Of a stretch of 64,000 nt of DNA, positions 18,486 to 27,810 are shown piece by piece. Within the stretch, counting starts at the first letter, position 1; each line of letters starts with the position of its first letter. Under the pieces are notes generated by a model. It was not told the DNA's origin. It saw only the letters and a list, made by a program, of their open reading frames with translations, and made no database searches. The stretch lies in the sequence record PV158447.1, one strand, 5' to 3'. Made by a program: the position numbers and the translations under genes.

Positions 18486-19790
18486 TTATTTTAAGGCGAT
18501 ATCCAAATCAATTGTCACTGTCTTCAATTGAGAGGTATGCATCGCCTTCATTCTTGTCAAGAGATATTGAGTAAATATAAGAACGACTTCGGCGGAGAGA
18601 CGTTCTTTGATCTTACCCAGAGCTGTGCCAAGACAAGTAGAGCAGATATTGTCGTCAGGCTGTTGGCAGTATTGCGCCACTCGCATCTGAACTATCTCTC
18701 CAATTTTCGGACCTGTCTCATCTTCAAACAGAACAGGTTTCCCATCAACCATGTAGAACGAGTTGATCCAACCTTTCCTGTTATGCTTATTGATGATAAC
18801 AGATTCTGTTCTCGGTGTTCCACAATCCCCTTCAATGGCGAATATCCGGTTAGTTAACAGAATAGCCAACTTAACTTCAGCACCACCTTCACCCGTGGCA
18901 TTACCTCGGTCATAGGAAGCAGAGATCGCAGTGTTAATGTATTCAGGGAAATGATCCATATCCCACCCTTCGTTCAGGGACTTACGAAGGAGAGTATACT
19001 TACCTGTATTGAAATCAGGAACCATATCAAAGATAATGAACATCTTCTTACGGGCGTTATCAATGAACTTGCTATTGATAAAGAAGTCTTTAGAAGGCCC
19101 GTTATATTGAATCTGTGCATCCAGAGCAACAACTTGGTCAATGGCTTTGGCGACAGCAACAGGATCATCCAATTTCCCTTGGTCTTCCAATTCCTTTAGG
19201 AGCTTATCCCGGAGTTGTACGACTTCTGGGTGGACTGTGAACATGTCGATGGAGGATGCTTTCACAAAGACTTGGTTCATCCCTTCCAGGTAATCCAAGT
19301 TCTTGGAGATCTGGAGGCATTGATCTACGGAAGCTTTCCCTTCTGGAATGGTTTCATTTCCTTCCGGATTGTCCACTATGATTCCTTCGATCACACCTTT
19401 GATGGTATTTCCGGTTATCTTGGCGTTGATGTAACTAGCAGCAGTCCCTACTGATTCCATTAGTACAACAATGTTGAATAGGAATAGTCCCACGGTAGTT
19501 TCGAAGCTTTCTTGAATCCAACCATTCACTTCTGAACTGACGGTAAACTTGTCGTTCTTGTGAAAGAGAGGACGTTCGTAGTTATCATGTTCTACGACAA
19601 CGCGTTCATCCCCACGGTAGAAGTAAACTTCCCGTTTTTCATCATTCCGAATGAGTGCGTAAGGGATTTTCTTTAATCGCTCATTGTTCTCTTTGTTGTC
19701 ATGAACAAGAGAGAATATAGAAAGTAAGAAACTCTTCTTGGTATAAGCGCGATGTTTGAATGCTTCAAAGAGATAGTCAAAACGATTCAC
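18486..19790 (-). CDS. Virion RNAP beta-prime subunit fragment (phiKZ gp80-like)
   Basis: DCGT and C-x(6)-IC-x2-CLG zinc site; TQYLLTRMKAMH trigger-loop-like end. Confidence 0.85.
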   Translation of the reverse strand: MNRFDYLFEAFKHRAYTKKSFLLSIFSLVHDNKENNERLKKIPYALIRNDEKREVYFYRGDERVVVEHDNYERPLFHKNDKFTVSSEVNGWIQESFETTVGLFLFNIVVLMESVGTAASYINAKITGNTIKGVIEGIIVDNPEGNETIPEGKASVDQCLQISKNLDYLEGMNQVFVKASSIDMFTVHPEVVQLRDKLLKELEDQGKLDDPVAVAKAIDQVVALDAQIQYNGPSKDFFINSKFIDNARKKMFIIFDMVPDFNTGKYTLLRKSLNEGWDMDHFPEYINTAISASYDRGNATGEGGAEVKLAILLTNRIFAIEGDCGTPRTESVIINKHNRKGWINSFYMVDGKPVLFEDETGPKIGEIVQMRVAQYCQQPDDNICSTCLGTALGKIKERLSAEVVLIFTQYLLTRMKAMHTSQLKTVTIDLDIALK

Positions 19791-20665
19791 ACTGAAATCT
19801 CCACTTCGTTGAGTAGTGCTTGAGCATTGTAGATACTGTCGATGGATTCACCGAACTGTTCCGCAGCAGCTAAGAACTGGGTTTTAATTTGTTGGTCTGT
19901 CAGATTCCCAATAATCATCAGGGCAAGGAGTTCTTTTAAATAACGATTGGTGTCGTCAACAAGGATCATCCCAAGTTCATTAATGAAAAGGTTCGTGAGA
20001 GGCTCTATATCGAGTCCTGCTGCACCGCCTTTGGTAATGTGGGTCTTCGCTAGGGTTCCGTCAAGAAATACCTTGTTGGTCACTATGCGGCGTCTGAGCG
20101 CAGGTTCCATGTAGTCAGTGTCGTCTTGCCCCAGGATGTTCAGACCGATCAGGATTCCTTTGGTCACATTAGGGGCGACATCATTAATCAGGTAACAGAA
20201 GTTCTCGGTATCAAAACCAGGATCCAGTTTCTCAAGGAGTTTGATGAAACGATCTTTGGTATCCAGCTCTTCGTCTTCCAACACACCCAGCATACCAATG
20301 ATATCTTCCATTCCGTCCAGTTCATAGATACTGTTCAAAATGAAGTTGAGATCTTTAATGGAGTCCGGTGTTGTGTAATCCAAGTCGATAACGATTCCGA
20401 TCATCTGTAACGCGTCGATCAATGTCTCGATCAGATACTTACGAATGTAAGCTTGTTTATTCACCACCTCCATACTTTCATCTATCAGTACGTTAGTGAT
20501 AGTGGTATCCAGGAAATTGTCCGGGAAGGTGATGGTGATTAAATTGTACGCATCGTTGAATAGTATAGCTGCCGCTGGAGTACACGTGGCTGTGAAGTCT
20601 AACCAAGTTTCTCCCAAATTGCCCTCGGCCAGGTTCACACCTTTAAGGTCGATAATGTCACTCAT
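19787..20665 (-). CDS. Acidic conserved hypothetical protein
   Basis: GGAG RBS before ATG at 20665; ATGA/GTGA-type overlap with the vRNAP gene. Confidence 0.8.
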   Translation of the reverse strand: MSDIIDLKGVNLAEGNLGETWLDFTATCTPAAAILFNDAYNLITITFPDNFLDTTITNVLIDESMEVVNKQAYIRKYLIETLIDALQMIGIVIDLDYTTPDSIKDLNFILNSIYELDGMEDIIGMLGVLEDEELDTKDRFIKLLEKLDPGFDTENFCYLINDVAPNVTKGILIGLNILGQDDTDYMEPALRRRIVTNKVFLDGTLAKTHITKGGAAGLDIEPLTNLFINELGMILVDDTNRYLKELLALMIIGNLTDQQIKTQFLAAAEQFGESIDSIYNAQALLNEVEISV

Positions 20666-20703
20666 TACTTTCTCCAATAATCCGTTCTATAAGGGGTCAT
20701 AAC

Positions 20704-21375
20704 ATGACTAAGAAAATTAAACAAAAAGTAGCTAAAAAGATTGCCCAAAAGCGTGCTACTCGTGGTCTTCGCAAACACCAATCTCAGAAAGGTATCGGTA
20801 ATTTCAAGGTAGCTCGTTCTGATAAATTTGTTAAGAAACTGGATAAGCTCCACGCTGCGATGGTTCGTAACGGTCTGGAAGATCCTGTTGAGTTTATCAA
20901 GAACGGTGGCAAGATCGATAACCTGAAAGAGCTCGATTACAAAGGTCTGGTAGGTGATGTGAAAGAACGCATCGGTGATGTGTTCAAACTCTTCTCTTAC
21001 AACACCATGGCAGCGGCTCTGATTGAAGCCAAAGTCTTTGAACATGAGTTCAAGATTGATCTGAAGGAGATCGGTCTCCAACTGGTCTCCATGGATAAGA
21101 CTTACCAAGGTCTTGGTGAAGCCATGAAACGTTCCAAAGAAGACTTCGCTATTGAGATCTTTGATCTTGCTGGAGAATTGGAAGATGTTTCTGCTAAACT
21201 CTACCAAGAGATCGAAAACCTGGAACCTCACGAATCCATCATGGGTCGACACCTTGAACATCATGCTAAACTCTGGGCCGACGAAGAACAGAAGCCCATT
21301 GAGAAAGGTTACAAAGCAGTGATGGAATCCGTCGCTTATGCTTTCCTCAACAAAATCACTAAGGAAGTTGTGTAA
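20704..21375 (+). CDS. Hypothetical protein, 223 aa, basic N-terminus, helical
   Basis: AAGGGG RBS; strongly biased codons; TAATG coupling to the next gene. Confidence 0.8.
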   Translation: MTKKIKQKVAKKIAQKRATRGLRKHQSQKGIGNFKVARSDKFVKKLDKLHAAMVRNGLEDPVEFIKNGGKIDNLKELDYKGLVGDVKERIGDVFKLFSYNTMAAALIEAKVFEHEFKIDLKEIGLQLVSMDKTYQGLGEAMKRSKEDFAIEIFDLAGELEDVSAKLYQEIENLEPHESIMGRHLEHHAKLWADEEQKPIEKGYKAVMESVAYAFLNKITKEVV

Positions 21376-23009
21376 TGTCCGAACAAGTTCAACAACCTGA
21401 GATCAAGAAGGTACGACCTGTTGATTCTCTCCGCAGCGCGGTGCTGTTAGGTAAAGAAGTAGAAGGAGCTCAGTATGGGCTCTCTCTTTTCCTGGGGTCC
21501 CTCTCTGAACAACACGAAGCAATCTTCGAGACTGCCGTGATCTTTGCTCGTCTGTCACAAATGCGCACCGACCAAGCACAAGGCATCGAAGTTCCGCTTC
21601 ATCTGATCAACTCTGCTGAAGTGAAGTACAACGAGTTGAAAGAGAAACACTTCGGGGAAGTGGACCAAGAAGACCTGGGTAAGATGTTGATCTCTTACTT
21701 CTCCTTTGTTAAACATCGCCGTGACAACTTCCTCAGCAAAGATGAGTACAAAGAGTATCTGAACCCTGAGAACTTTGTGAACACTGTTCCTCAGGTCAAG
21801 ATGGGTCAAATGCCTCTGATTGCCGCTCGGGCAGCAAAGGCAGAGAAAGCAGCAACTCTTCGTGATCGGATGCGTTCTTCTGTGATGAAAGTAAACGGGA
21901 CTCCTGACTCGTTCACTATTCTCCTGATGAACTCCATCATCATGATCCGTATCAAAACCCCTACCAACTGGGAAGTGGTCAGTTTGATCAACCGAATTGC
22001 TCTGAAACTTCAAGGCGCTTCCTATGGCACTCGTTACCGTATGAACTCTCTCCACTTGGAGCGCGCTCTGATCTCTAAAGTTCTGGTGGAATGGATTCTG
22101 GAACGTACCACCTACTGGTCTGTTGATGACATCGCGAGTTCTGACGAACTCCTGACGGTTATCGACAAAGCGGATCTGAACATCCTCAGTACCGCTATCC
22201 TGGGCTTGGCTTCGCCCAAAGGTGTTCCTTACCGTCTCCACTGCCTGGCGAATAACTGTAACTATCAGGAAGACATGATGATTGATGCGAAAGAACTCAC
22301 TGTTCTTGACCACACTCGTTATCCTGAAAGTTACTGGGAGATGATCTCCGCGATTGTCAACACGGGTAAGCGCTACACCATCCAAGAACTCAAGGATGCT
22401 CGTGTTCCCTACATCGGCCATGATGGTAAAGAAATCGAGAACAAAGTAACTGTCGAAGACGGTTCGATCGTTCTGGGTCTTTCTTCTCCGTATCTGAGCG
22501 AATACTTCAGTGTGTACGAAACGGTCGCCGAATTCCTGAATAAGGAAATCCGAGAACTGGCTGTTCAGTTCCCTAACGACAAAGAGTTTGCTGAGAAACG
22601 TAAAGAACTGCAAAGCTCTTTCCGTCTGATCGACTACGTTCAGTATTTCGAAAGTTATACTCGTAAAGGTGACCCTCTCAACGAAGATGAAAAGGATGAA
22701 GTGATTCTTCGTTCCGAAGATCCTGCACAGTTTGTTCAGGGTTTGATCGACATGTTCAACGAAGATGAAGACCTGTACGCAAATGCGATCTCTCAGGTTC
22801 TGAAATCTGTTCCGAAGATGTCTTACACCTTTACTGGAATCATGGACGACGAATGTCCTTCCTGTAAGAAACGTGTGTCCGAGAACGTCCAGGAGATCAA
22901 CAACGGGTTCACCCCGATTGATCCTATTCTGAATTTTTTCGACCAAGCCCGAACTATCGTAATGCGCCGGAAAGACATCGGACAATACCAAGAGGAACTT
23001 CTTTCCTAA
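21375..23009 (+). CDS. Putative tail/baseplate hub assembly chaperone (T4 gp26/gp51-like C-terminal region), 544 aa
   Basis: HCLANNC and CPSC cysteine pairs; ends ...ILNFFDQ at a slippery site. Confidence 0.55.
   Translation: MSEQVQQPEIKKVRPVDSLRSAVLLGKEVEGAQYGLSLFLGSLSEQHEAIFETAVIFARLSQMRTDQAQGIEVPLHLINSAEVKYNELKEKHFGEVDQEDLGKMLISYFSFVKHRRDNFLSKDEYKEYLNPENFVNTVPQVKMGQMPLIAARAAKAEKAATLRDRMRSSVMKVNGTPDSFTILLMNSIIMIRIKTPTNWEVVSLINRIALKLQGASYGTRYRMNSLHLERALISKVLVEWILERTTYWSVDDIASSDELLTVIDKADLNILSTAILGLASPKGVPYRLHCLANNCNYQEDMMIDAKELTVLDHTRYPESYWEMISAIVNTGKRYTIQELKDARVPYIGHDGKEIENKVTVEDGSIVLGLSSPYLSEYFSVYETVAEFLNKEIRELAVQFPNDKEFAEKRKELQSSFRLIDYVQYFESYTRKGDPLNEDEKDEVILRSEDPAQFVQGLIDMFNEDEDLYANAISQVLKSVPKMSYTFTGIMDDECPSCKKRVSENVQEINNGFTPIDPILNFFDQARTIVMRRKDIGQYQEELLS
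22934..22940 (+). promoter_or_regulatory. Candidate -1 ribosomal frameshift heptamer T TTT TTC
   Basis: In-frame X XXY YYZ heptamer; the -1 frame opens just after TGA at 22919-22921 and runs to 23455. Confidence 0.7.
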
Positions 23010-23455
23010 CACCTGCTGAAGACAACAAACGCCGGAGACTGATTGAAAGGTCGGTCTCCTTTCACCATGCACTTTGTCGAGTACTTGATGTTTCGTTAAG
23101 CGAAGTGTTTAAAGGTGAACATAAAGCGTATATGCTTCAGTATGGTTGGGTTGACGAGAAGACCAACATGGTAGAGGGGGTTAGGTACAACCCCAATAAA
23201 ACAGATTACTATCACTTCTTATCAGCCCAGTCAATAGGAGATATGTTCGGGTACAACGAATACGACCAGATCATGCCACTTAAAGACTTCATGGAAGCGC
23301 CTGTAGACGTCATAGAAGATCTTTTGAATGGGGTCGCTACTGGTAGACGCCGAGCTAAGGAAGAAGCTGAGAGAGCGGCTAAGAACAAGCTTGGTAACAA
23401 AGGTAATGACCCGATGAGTATGATTCCCAAAAACCTTCTTAAGGAGTTCAAATGA
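22940..23455 (+). CDS. -1 frame extension (gpT-like part); ORF-track GTG start at 23105 is probably not the real start
   Basis: No stop and no ATG/GTG/TTG between 22922 and 23104; no SD before GTG 23105; predicted fusion 693 aa. Confidence 0.65.
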   Translation, partial: RPSPNYRNAPERHRTIPRGTSFLTPAEDNKRRRLIERSVSFHHALCRVLDVSLSEVFKGEHKAYMLQYGWVDEKTNMVEGVRYNPNKTDYYHFLSAQSIGDMFGYNEYDQIMPLKDFMEAPVDVIEDLLNGVATGRRRAKEEAERAAKNKLGNKGNDPMSMIPKNLLKEFK

Positions 23456-24000
23456 AGCCCCTCGATAAACCGAATGTCAGTACCAAACCTTCCGCTGTAG
23501 AGCAACAGGTAGAACTGGAGAAAACCCAAGATAAATCTCTGGGTGTTCCCACTACCGCTCACAAGGAGATCGGTCCTGCTGATATTCACAAGAACACGAT
23601 CAATACGTTTGTGAAGTTCCTTGCTGGAGAAGCTCACAATGCTTCTCTGGAAGAACGCACTCATTTCCAATGCACTTTCATTGATGAGATCCCGAAGATC
23701 CTGTCTGTGAAGTACAGCGTAGTAGAATCGGTGATGGACCACTTCCTGGTTCAGATCGCCGAGAATCGTCAACTGTTCGGTATGAACGAAGCCATGGGAC
23801 ATCTTTACAACGTAGAGAAAACCAAAGCCCGTTCTATGGAAGTGATCACTCGTTACAAGCAGTTCCTGAGTTTCATGATCATGTTGTCTGATAACGCACG
23901 TAACCGCACTCGGTTTATTGCTGGGTACGATGTGACTAAACTCTGTAACAGTTTTGAAGCGACTGCTGGTCAGAATCTTCATAACTATATTCATAGTTAA
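23452..24000 (+). CDS. Hypothetical protein, 182 aa
   Basis: AAGGAG RBS, ATGA overlap. Confidence 0.8.
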   Translation: MKPLDKPNVSTKPSAVEQQVELEKTQDKSLGVPTTAHKEIGPADIHKNTINTFVKFLAGEAHNASLEERTHFQCTFIDEIPKILSVKYSVVESVMDHFLVQIAENRQLFGMNEAMGHLYNVEKTKARSMEVITRYKQFLSFMIMLSDNARNRTRFIAGYDVTKLCNSFEATAGQNLHNYIHS

Positions 24001-24013
24001 TATGTGATAAACA

Positions 24014-24045
24014 TCACCCTCTACTCCACGTGGAGTAGAGGGTGA
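24014..24045. terminator. Perfect 32-bp palindrome, terminator-like
   Basis: tcaccctctactccac|gtggagtagagggtga followed by attctttg. Confidence 0.8.
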
Positions 24046-24092
24046 ATTCTTTGCTCTATTAATCTCTTTCTCTCTTCTATTAGGAAATCATT

Positions 24093-25082
24093 ATGAACGT
24101 CAGTTTAGATAACCCGGATCACGTGATCAACATGATCAGTGGGTTTGAGGCCATCAAGCTCAAAGACTACCAAAACTTAGACGCCCAATACGCCAACAGT
24201 GTTCTGAAAATGAATGGTTGTGATCTTTCTGCCATCGCCGGTCAGGAAGGTTTTCTCTCTGCTATTAAAACAGGTGGTAAAAAACTGATCGAGATGATCT
24301 GGAACTTCCTGAAGAAAGTCAAGGAATTTTTCTTTAGTCCTAGTGGTGGTAAAGCAGACAAGACCGTGGATGACGCTGTTAAAGTCTCTGGACAGGCCGT
24401 AAAGGAAATCGAACAGGGTTCCGACCTCCCTGCCAAGGTGCTCAAAAACGAAAGTGCTCTTAAACAGCCCATCGAAAAGATTTCCAAACTCTCAGCCAAA
24501 GATGGGATTCAGTTGGATTTCCGTAAACTCGATGTTGAACTTCGAGATACTGCTGATTTTATTTACGATGCAGTCAGGATGATTAAGAATAGCGCGAGCA
24601 TTCCAGTTTTAGATAAATTGGATACGGTATTGAAATACAGTAATGATTGGTTCAGAAAACTCCATCATTTCGACGTTAAAGCTAGAAACGATGGAGATAG
24701 GATCGACGACAAAGTTGTTCTCACTTCCACCACGATGGCGAATGAACTCTCTATGATCATCAAGGGAATCCGCTCAGACACCAAAAAATATCTGTCCGAA
24801 ACCACTCCTCTCTTGGATGAAATGATCAAGGTTTACGAAAAGGGGATGAAAGAAAATGCCGATCCAGAGGCAAAAGAAACGGCGACTAAGCTGGAACGTG
24901 TAATCCAATACGTTGCACGTTCAATGAGTCAGACCGTCAAACTTATTCAGAAATGCAACGAATACATCAAAGAACTTACCAAAGCGATCGTAATGATTGC
25001 GAGCAAATTGTATGATAAAGACGCCCCTGCTGAACAAGTTATCAAAGATATTGAAGATCTTGATCGGTTCATGGCCGAATAA
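24093..25082 (+). CDS. Putative internal head/ejection protein, paralog A
   Basis: AGQE|GF prohead-protease-type site followed by an amphipathic helix ending LKKVKEFFF. Confidence 0.7.
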   Translation: MNVSLDNPDHVINMISGFEAIKLKDYQNLDAQYANSVLKMNGCDLSAIAGQEGFLSAIKTGGKKLIEMIWNFLKKVKEFFFSPSGGKADKTVDDAVKVSGQAVKEIEQGSDLPAKVLKNESALKQPIEKISKLSAKDGIQLDFRKLDVELRDTADFIYDAVRMIKNSASIPVLDKLDTVLKYSNDWFRKLHHFDVKARNDGDRIDDKVVLTSTTMANELSMIIKGIRSDTKKYLSETTPLLDEMIKVYEKGMKENADPEAKETATKLERVIQYVARSMSQTVKLIQKCNEYIKELTKAIVMIASKLYDKDAPAEQVIKDIEDLDRFMAE

Positions 25083-25351
25083 CCAAACTCCACTTAATAG
25101 GGAATAAAATGAACGTAGATATTCAAAACCCTGACCATGTCATCACCATGATCTCTGGTTTCGAGGCACTCAGTCTTCGTGACTATCAGAACGCGGATGC
25201 TCAATACGCGAATACCGTTCTGAAGATGAATGGTTGTGATCTGAGTGCTATTGCCGGACAAGAAGGCTTTCTGAGTGCCATTAAAGAAGGCGGCAAAAAG
25301 TTCATTGAAATGATCTGGAACTTCCTGAAGAAAGTCAAGGAATTTTTCTTT
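24294..25351 (+). repeat. 42-nt identical segment shared by the tandem paralogs (24294-24335 and 25310-25351)
   Basis: atgatctggaacttcctgaagaaagtcaaggaatttttcttt occurs twice. Confidence 0.9.
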
Positions 25352-26089
25352 GGTTCTCGGGGTACTAAATCGGATAACACCATCAAGGAACTCGGTAAAG
25401 CGACAACCTTTAATATCAGTACGATTAAAGCGGCTCCTAACGAACGACTCGACCAGTTGGTGGAGGAAGCGAAGGAATCTGTTAGTCGTTTGGACAAACT
25501 CATTTCCGGTGAATATGGTTCTATTCATTTCAAGAGCTATGACGATTTTGCAGAAACCATCAAAGACGTCCGAGAAAGTGTGATGAGAAAGTTTGACCTC
25601 GCAGGCCTCTCAATCACCAAGATTCCTGATCGTAAGTACAAGTCAGTTGAACTTGCCGACGCGATCCATGACGTCAATATGTTGATGTTGAATAACAAGG
25701 ACGGTGTGGCAAAGGACGGTGTTGTTCTACTCAAAGATCTCGAGACAGCAGATAAATTGAAAGGGAAACTGGAAAAACTCCGTGATGTCGCTAAGGATGT
25801 CATGGCTTCAATATCCAAGGACCTAGAGGTCGTCACTCCAGACCTGAAACGCACTGCCGAAATCATGGGTGACGATAAGAACCTGAACCAGCAATACAAA
25901 CGCCTGGAAGGATTTACTCGTGCCATTGTTAAAGCAGATGCCCAGTTGGTTAAGTTGGTTAATGACGTAGAGAAATACCTCACATCCCTCTCTGTCACTA
26001 CCGCCAATATGGTTAAGAAAATAGATCCTGATAATTTCAAAGATCTGCGTAAGTTCGAAGAGTTCATGACTACCGACCTTCCTCTCTAA
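25109..26089 (+). CDS. Putative internal head/ejection protein, paralog B
   Basis: First ~80 aa nearly identical to paralog A; C-terminal part divergent. Confidence 0.7.
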   Translation: MNVDIQNPDHVITMISGFEALSLRDYQNADAQYANTVLKMNGCDLSAIAGQEGFLSAIKEGGKKFIEMIWNFLKKVKEFFFGSRGTKSDNTIKELGKATTFNISTIKAAPNERLDQLVEEAKESVSRLDKLISGEYGSIHFKSYDDFAETIKDVRESVMRKFDLAGLSITKIPDRKYKSVELADAIHDVNMLMLNNKDGVAKDGVVLLKDLETADKLKGKLEKLRDVAKDVMASISKDLEVVTPDLKRTAEIMGDDKNLNQQYKRLEGFTRAIVKADAQLVKLVNDVEKYLTSLSVTTANMVKKIDPDNFKDLRKFEEFMTTDLPL

Positions 26090-26116
26090 CTGTAGTGTCT
26101 ATTAAACGTAATAAAG

Positions 26117-26146
26117 ACCTCTACCTCCCCTAGGGGAGGTAGAGGT
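26117..26146. terminator. Perfect 30-bp palindrome, terminator-like
   Basis: acctctacctcccct|aggggaggtagaggt then tactttgttt. Confidence 0.85.
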
Positions 26147-26160
26147 TACTTTGTTTGCCC

Positions 26161-26184
26161 CATAACTTTTCAAACATATATTAT
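26161..26184 (+). promoter_or_regulatory. Early-type promoter CATAA-TTTTCA-N4-TATATTAT
   Basis: Same architecture as the sites at 84 and 63044. Confidence 0.7.
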
Positions 26185-26272
26185 CAAGGTGGTAAGGCAA
26201 CCGTCTTATCTTAACCTTGTAATTAAGATGGTGGTACATCTTAATTACATCTTACCTTGAAGGATATGTAAA

Positions 26273-26650
26273 ATGAACACTCAACAATTAGCGGATTTCC
26301 GAGCCAACGTAATAGCTGGCGTTCTTAACAAATCTGTGGAAATATTCCTCCACGAAACGAATGAAAAGTTACCTTTCATTCCGACATTCGATAATGTATA
26401 TCATAGATCCCCTAAGGGGTCTGTTCTTTTCAAACGTGTCATTTTTGATGACGGAGAAAAGACAACATACGCTATGCGTTACGCCGAAAGTCAACAGGGA
26501 CTGTTACGTTTAGAATTCCATTCACCGAATAGTGATGGTTTCCTAAACTGGACTGAGGTGGATAATGGTGGGCCACACGCTCCTTATATCCAAGTCCAAC
26601 GTATTAACCGAAGCAGTCGAGAAAACACTTCTGGGTATACAGAACATTAA
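26273..26650 (+). CDS. Hypothetical early protein, 125 aa
   Basis: AAGGA RBS, downstream of the early-type promoter. Confidence 0.75.
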   Translation: MNTQQLADFRANVIAGVLNKSVEIFLHETNEKLPFIPTFDNVYHRSPKGSVLFKRVIFDDGEKTTYAMRYAESQQGLLRLEFHSPNSDGFLNWTEVDNGGPHAPYIQVQRINRSSRENTSGYTEH

Positions 26651-26689
26651 CCCCTCAGTTACTTTTAACAACCAAAAGGAAATGTGGTA

Positions 26690-27757
26690 ATGCAAGCAGT
26701 AGACATTGTAATCGAAGACCAAGAAGTAGAAGTGCTCGTAGAACGTCCTGCGCTGCTCTCTGAGCAACTTCAGCTCGAAGATGGTACCAATCTGTGTAAT
26801 TACGAAAGTAATCTCCAGAAGAAGTTTGAGCACGTTAAAAAGGAACTTGAGAAAGATCCCAATTACGTCGCTTACGACTGGATGTACTACGTGAATAAGT
26901 TTGGTGGAATTGTGAAGCGGGAAGCAATCATTTCTACTAATGGTGATTTCATGACACTTCGTCCTAATAACAAAGTGTATGTGAGAAAGGGAATCCGGAC
27001 ACGTTCCGGTTATTGGGAGATTCGTCTCTACAAAGACAACCCAGGGAATACTCCAGGACATGATATCTTCCAACTCCATCGAGCAGTAGCCGCGACGTTC
27101 GTAGCACCACCCACTGGGTCCTGTATTGTCTTTAACAAACTAGAAGCAAATCACGAGGACGGTAACAAAGATAATAACCACTTCTCCAATTTGACCTGGA
27201 TGACCAGAAAGGAGAACCTGAATCACGCAATTGATAACGGTTTGATCAAATCTGGTATTGCCAACGAGAATACCATTCCGCTTATGGGTGAAATCACCAT
27301 GCCCTGTAAGTGGAAAGGTCGGAAGTTCATTGTGGCAGGTGACCGAATGTTCCTTGAGAGTGGTTTGGTCCGACATTCTATTGTCATTCGTATCTCCGAG
27401 CAACGGATTATATACGGCTGTCTTTGGTCGTATCCTACTCAGGAGGAATTGTCGGAAGTTCCGATCGGTATTCCCGAAGGGTATTTGGATTATTATCGTG
27501 CTAATAAGTCAGATGGTGATTCCAAAGTAAAACCTGTTATCGGAAAGATACTCAAAGGTCCCCACAAGGATCATGAGTTCTACCTCCTAGGTGCCACTGA
27601 AGTAGCCGCTAATGGCTTTGTACAAGCTTGGGTATCTAAGGCGGCCAGAAAGATCAAACCCGATTACAAGGGGATAGAGTGGCGATATGGTACACATGAA
27701 GAAATAGAAGGGATGGAGAGAGGAATAACTGAAGAGATGAAAGCAACAATTAAATGA
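26690..27757 (+). mobile_element. Free-standing HNH homing endonuclease with two C-terminal DNA-binding repeats
   Basis: LHRAVAATF...NHEDGNKDNNHFSNLTWMTRKEN; ATG 26690 after AAGGA. Confidence 0.9.
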
Positions 27758-27770
27758 TATAATAGAAGTA

Positions 27771-27805
27771 ACCTACCTCTCCCAAGTGGAGAGGTAGGTC
27801 TTATT
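27771..27805. terminator. Bidirectional terminator
   Basis: acctacctctcc-caagt-ggagaggtaggt between convergent HNH and polymerase genes. Confidence 0.85.
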
Positions 27806-27810
27806 ATAGG

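Noticed and set aside
23034-23059. Hairpin ggagactga...tcggtctcc as a terminator separating two independent genes
   Set aside because: Lies inside the open -1 coding frame and has only a short U-tract; at most a partial terminator, and too far (~95 nt) from the slip site to be a standard stimulator
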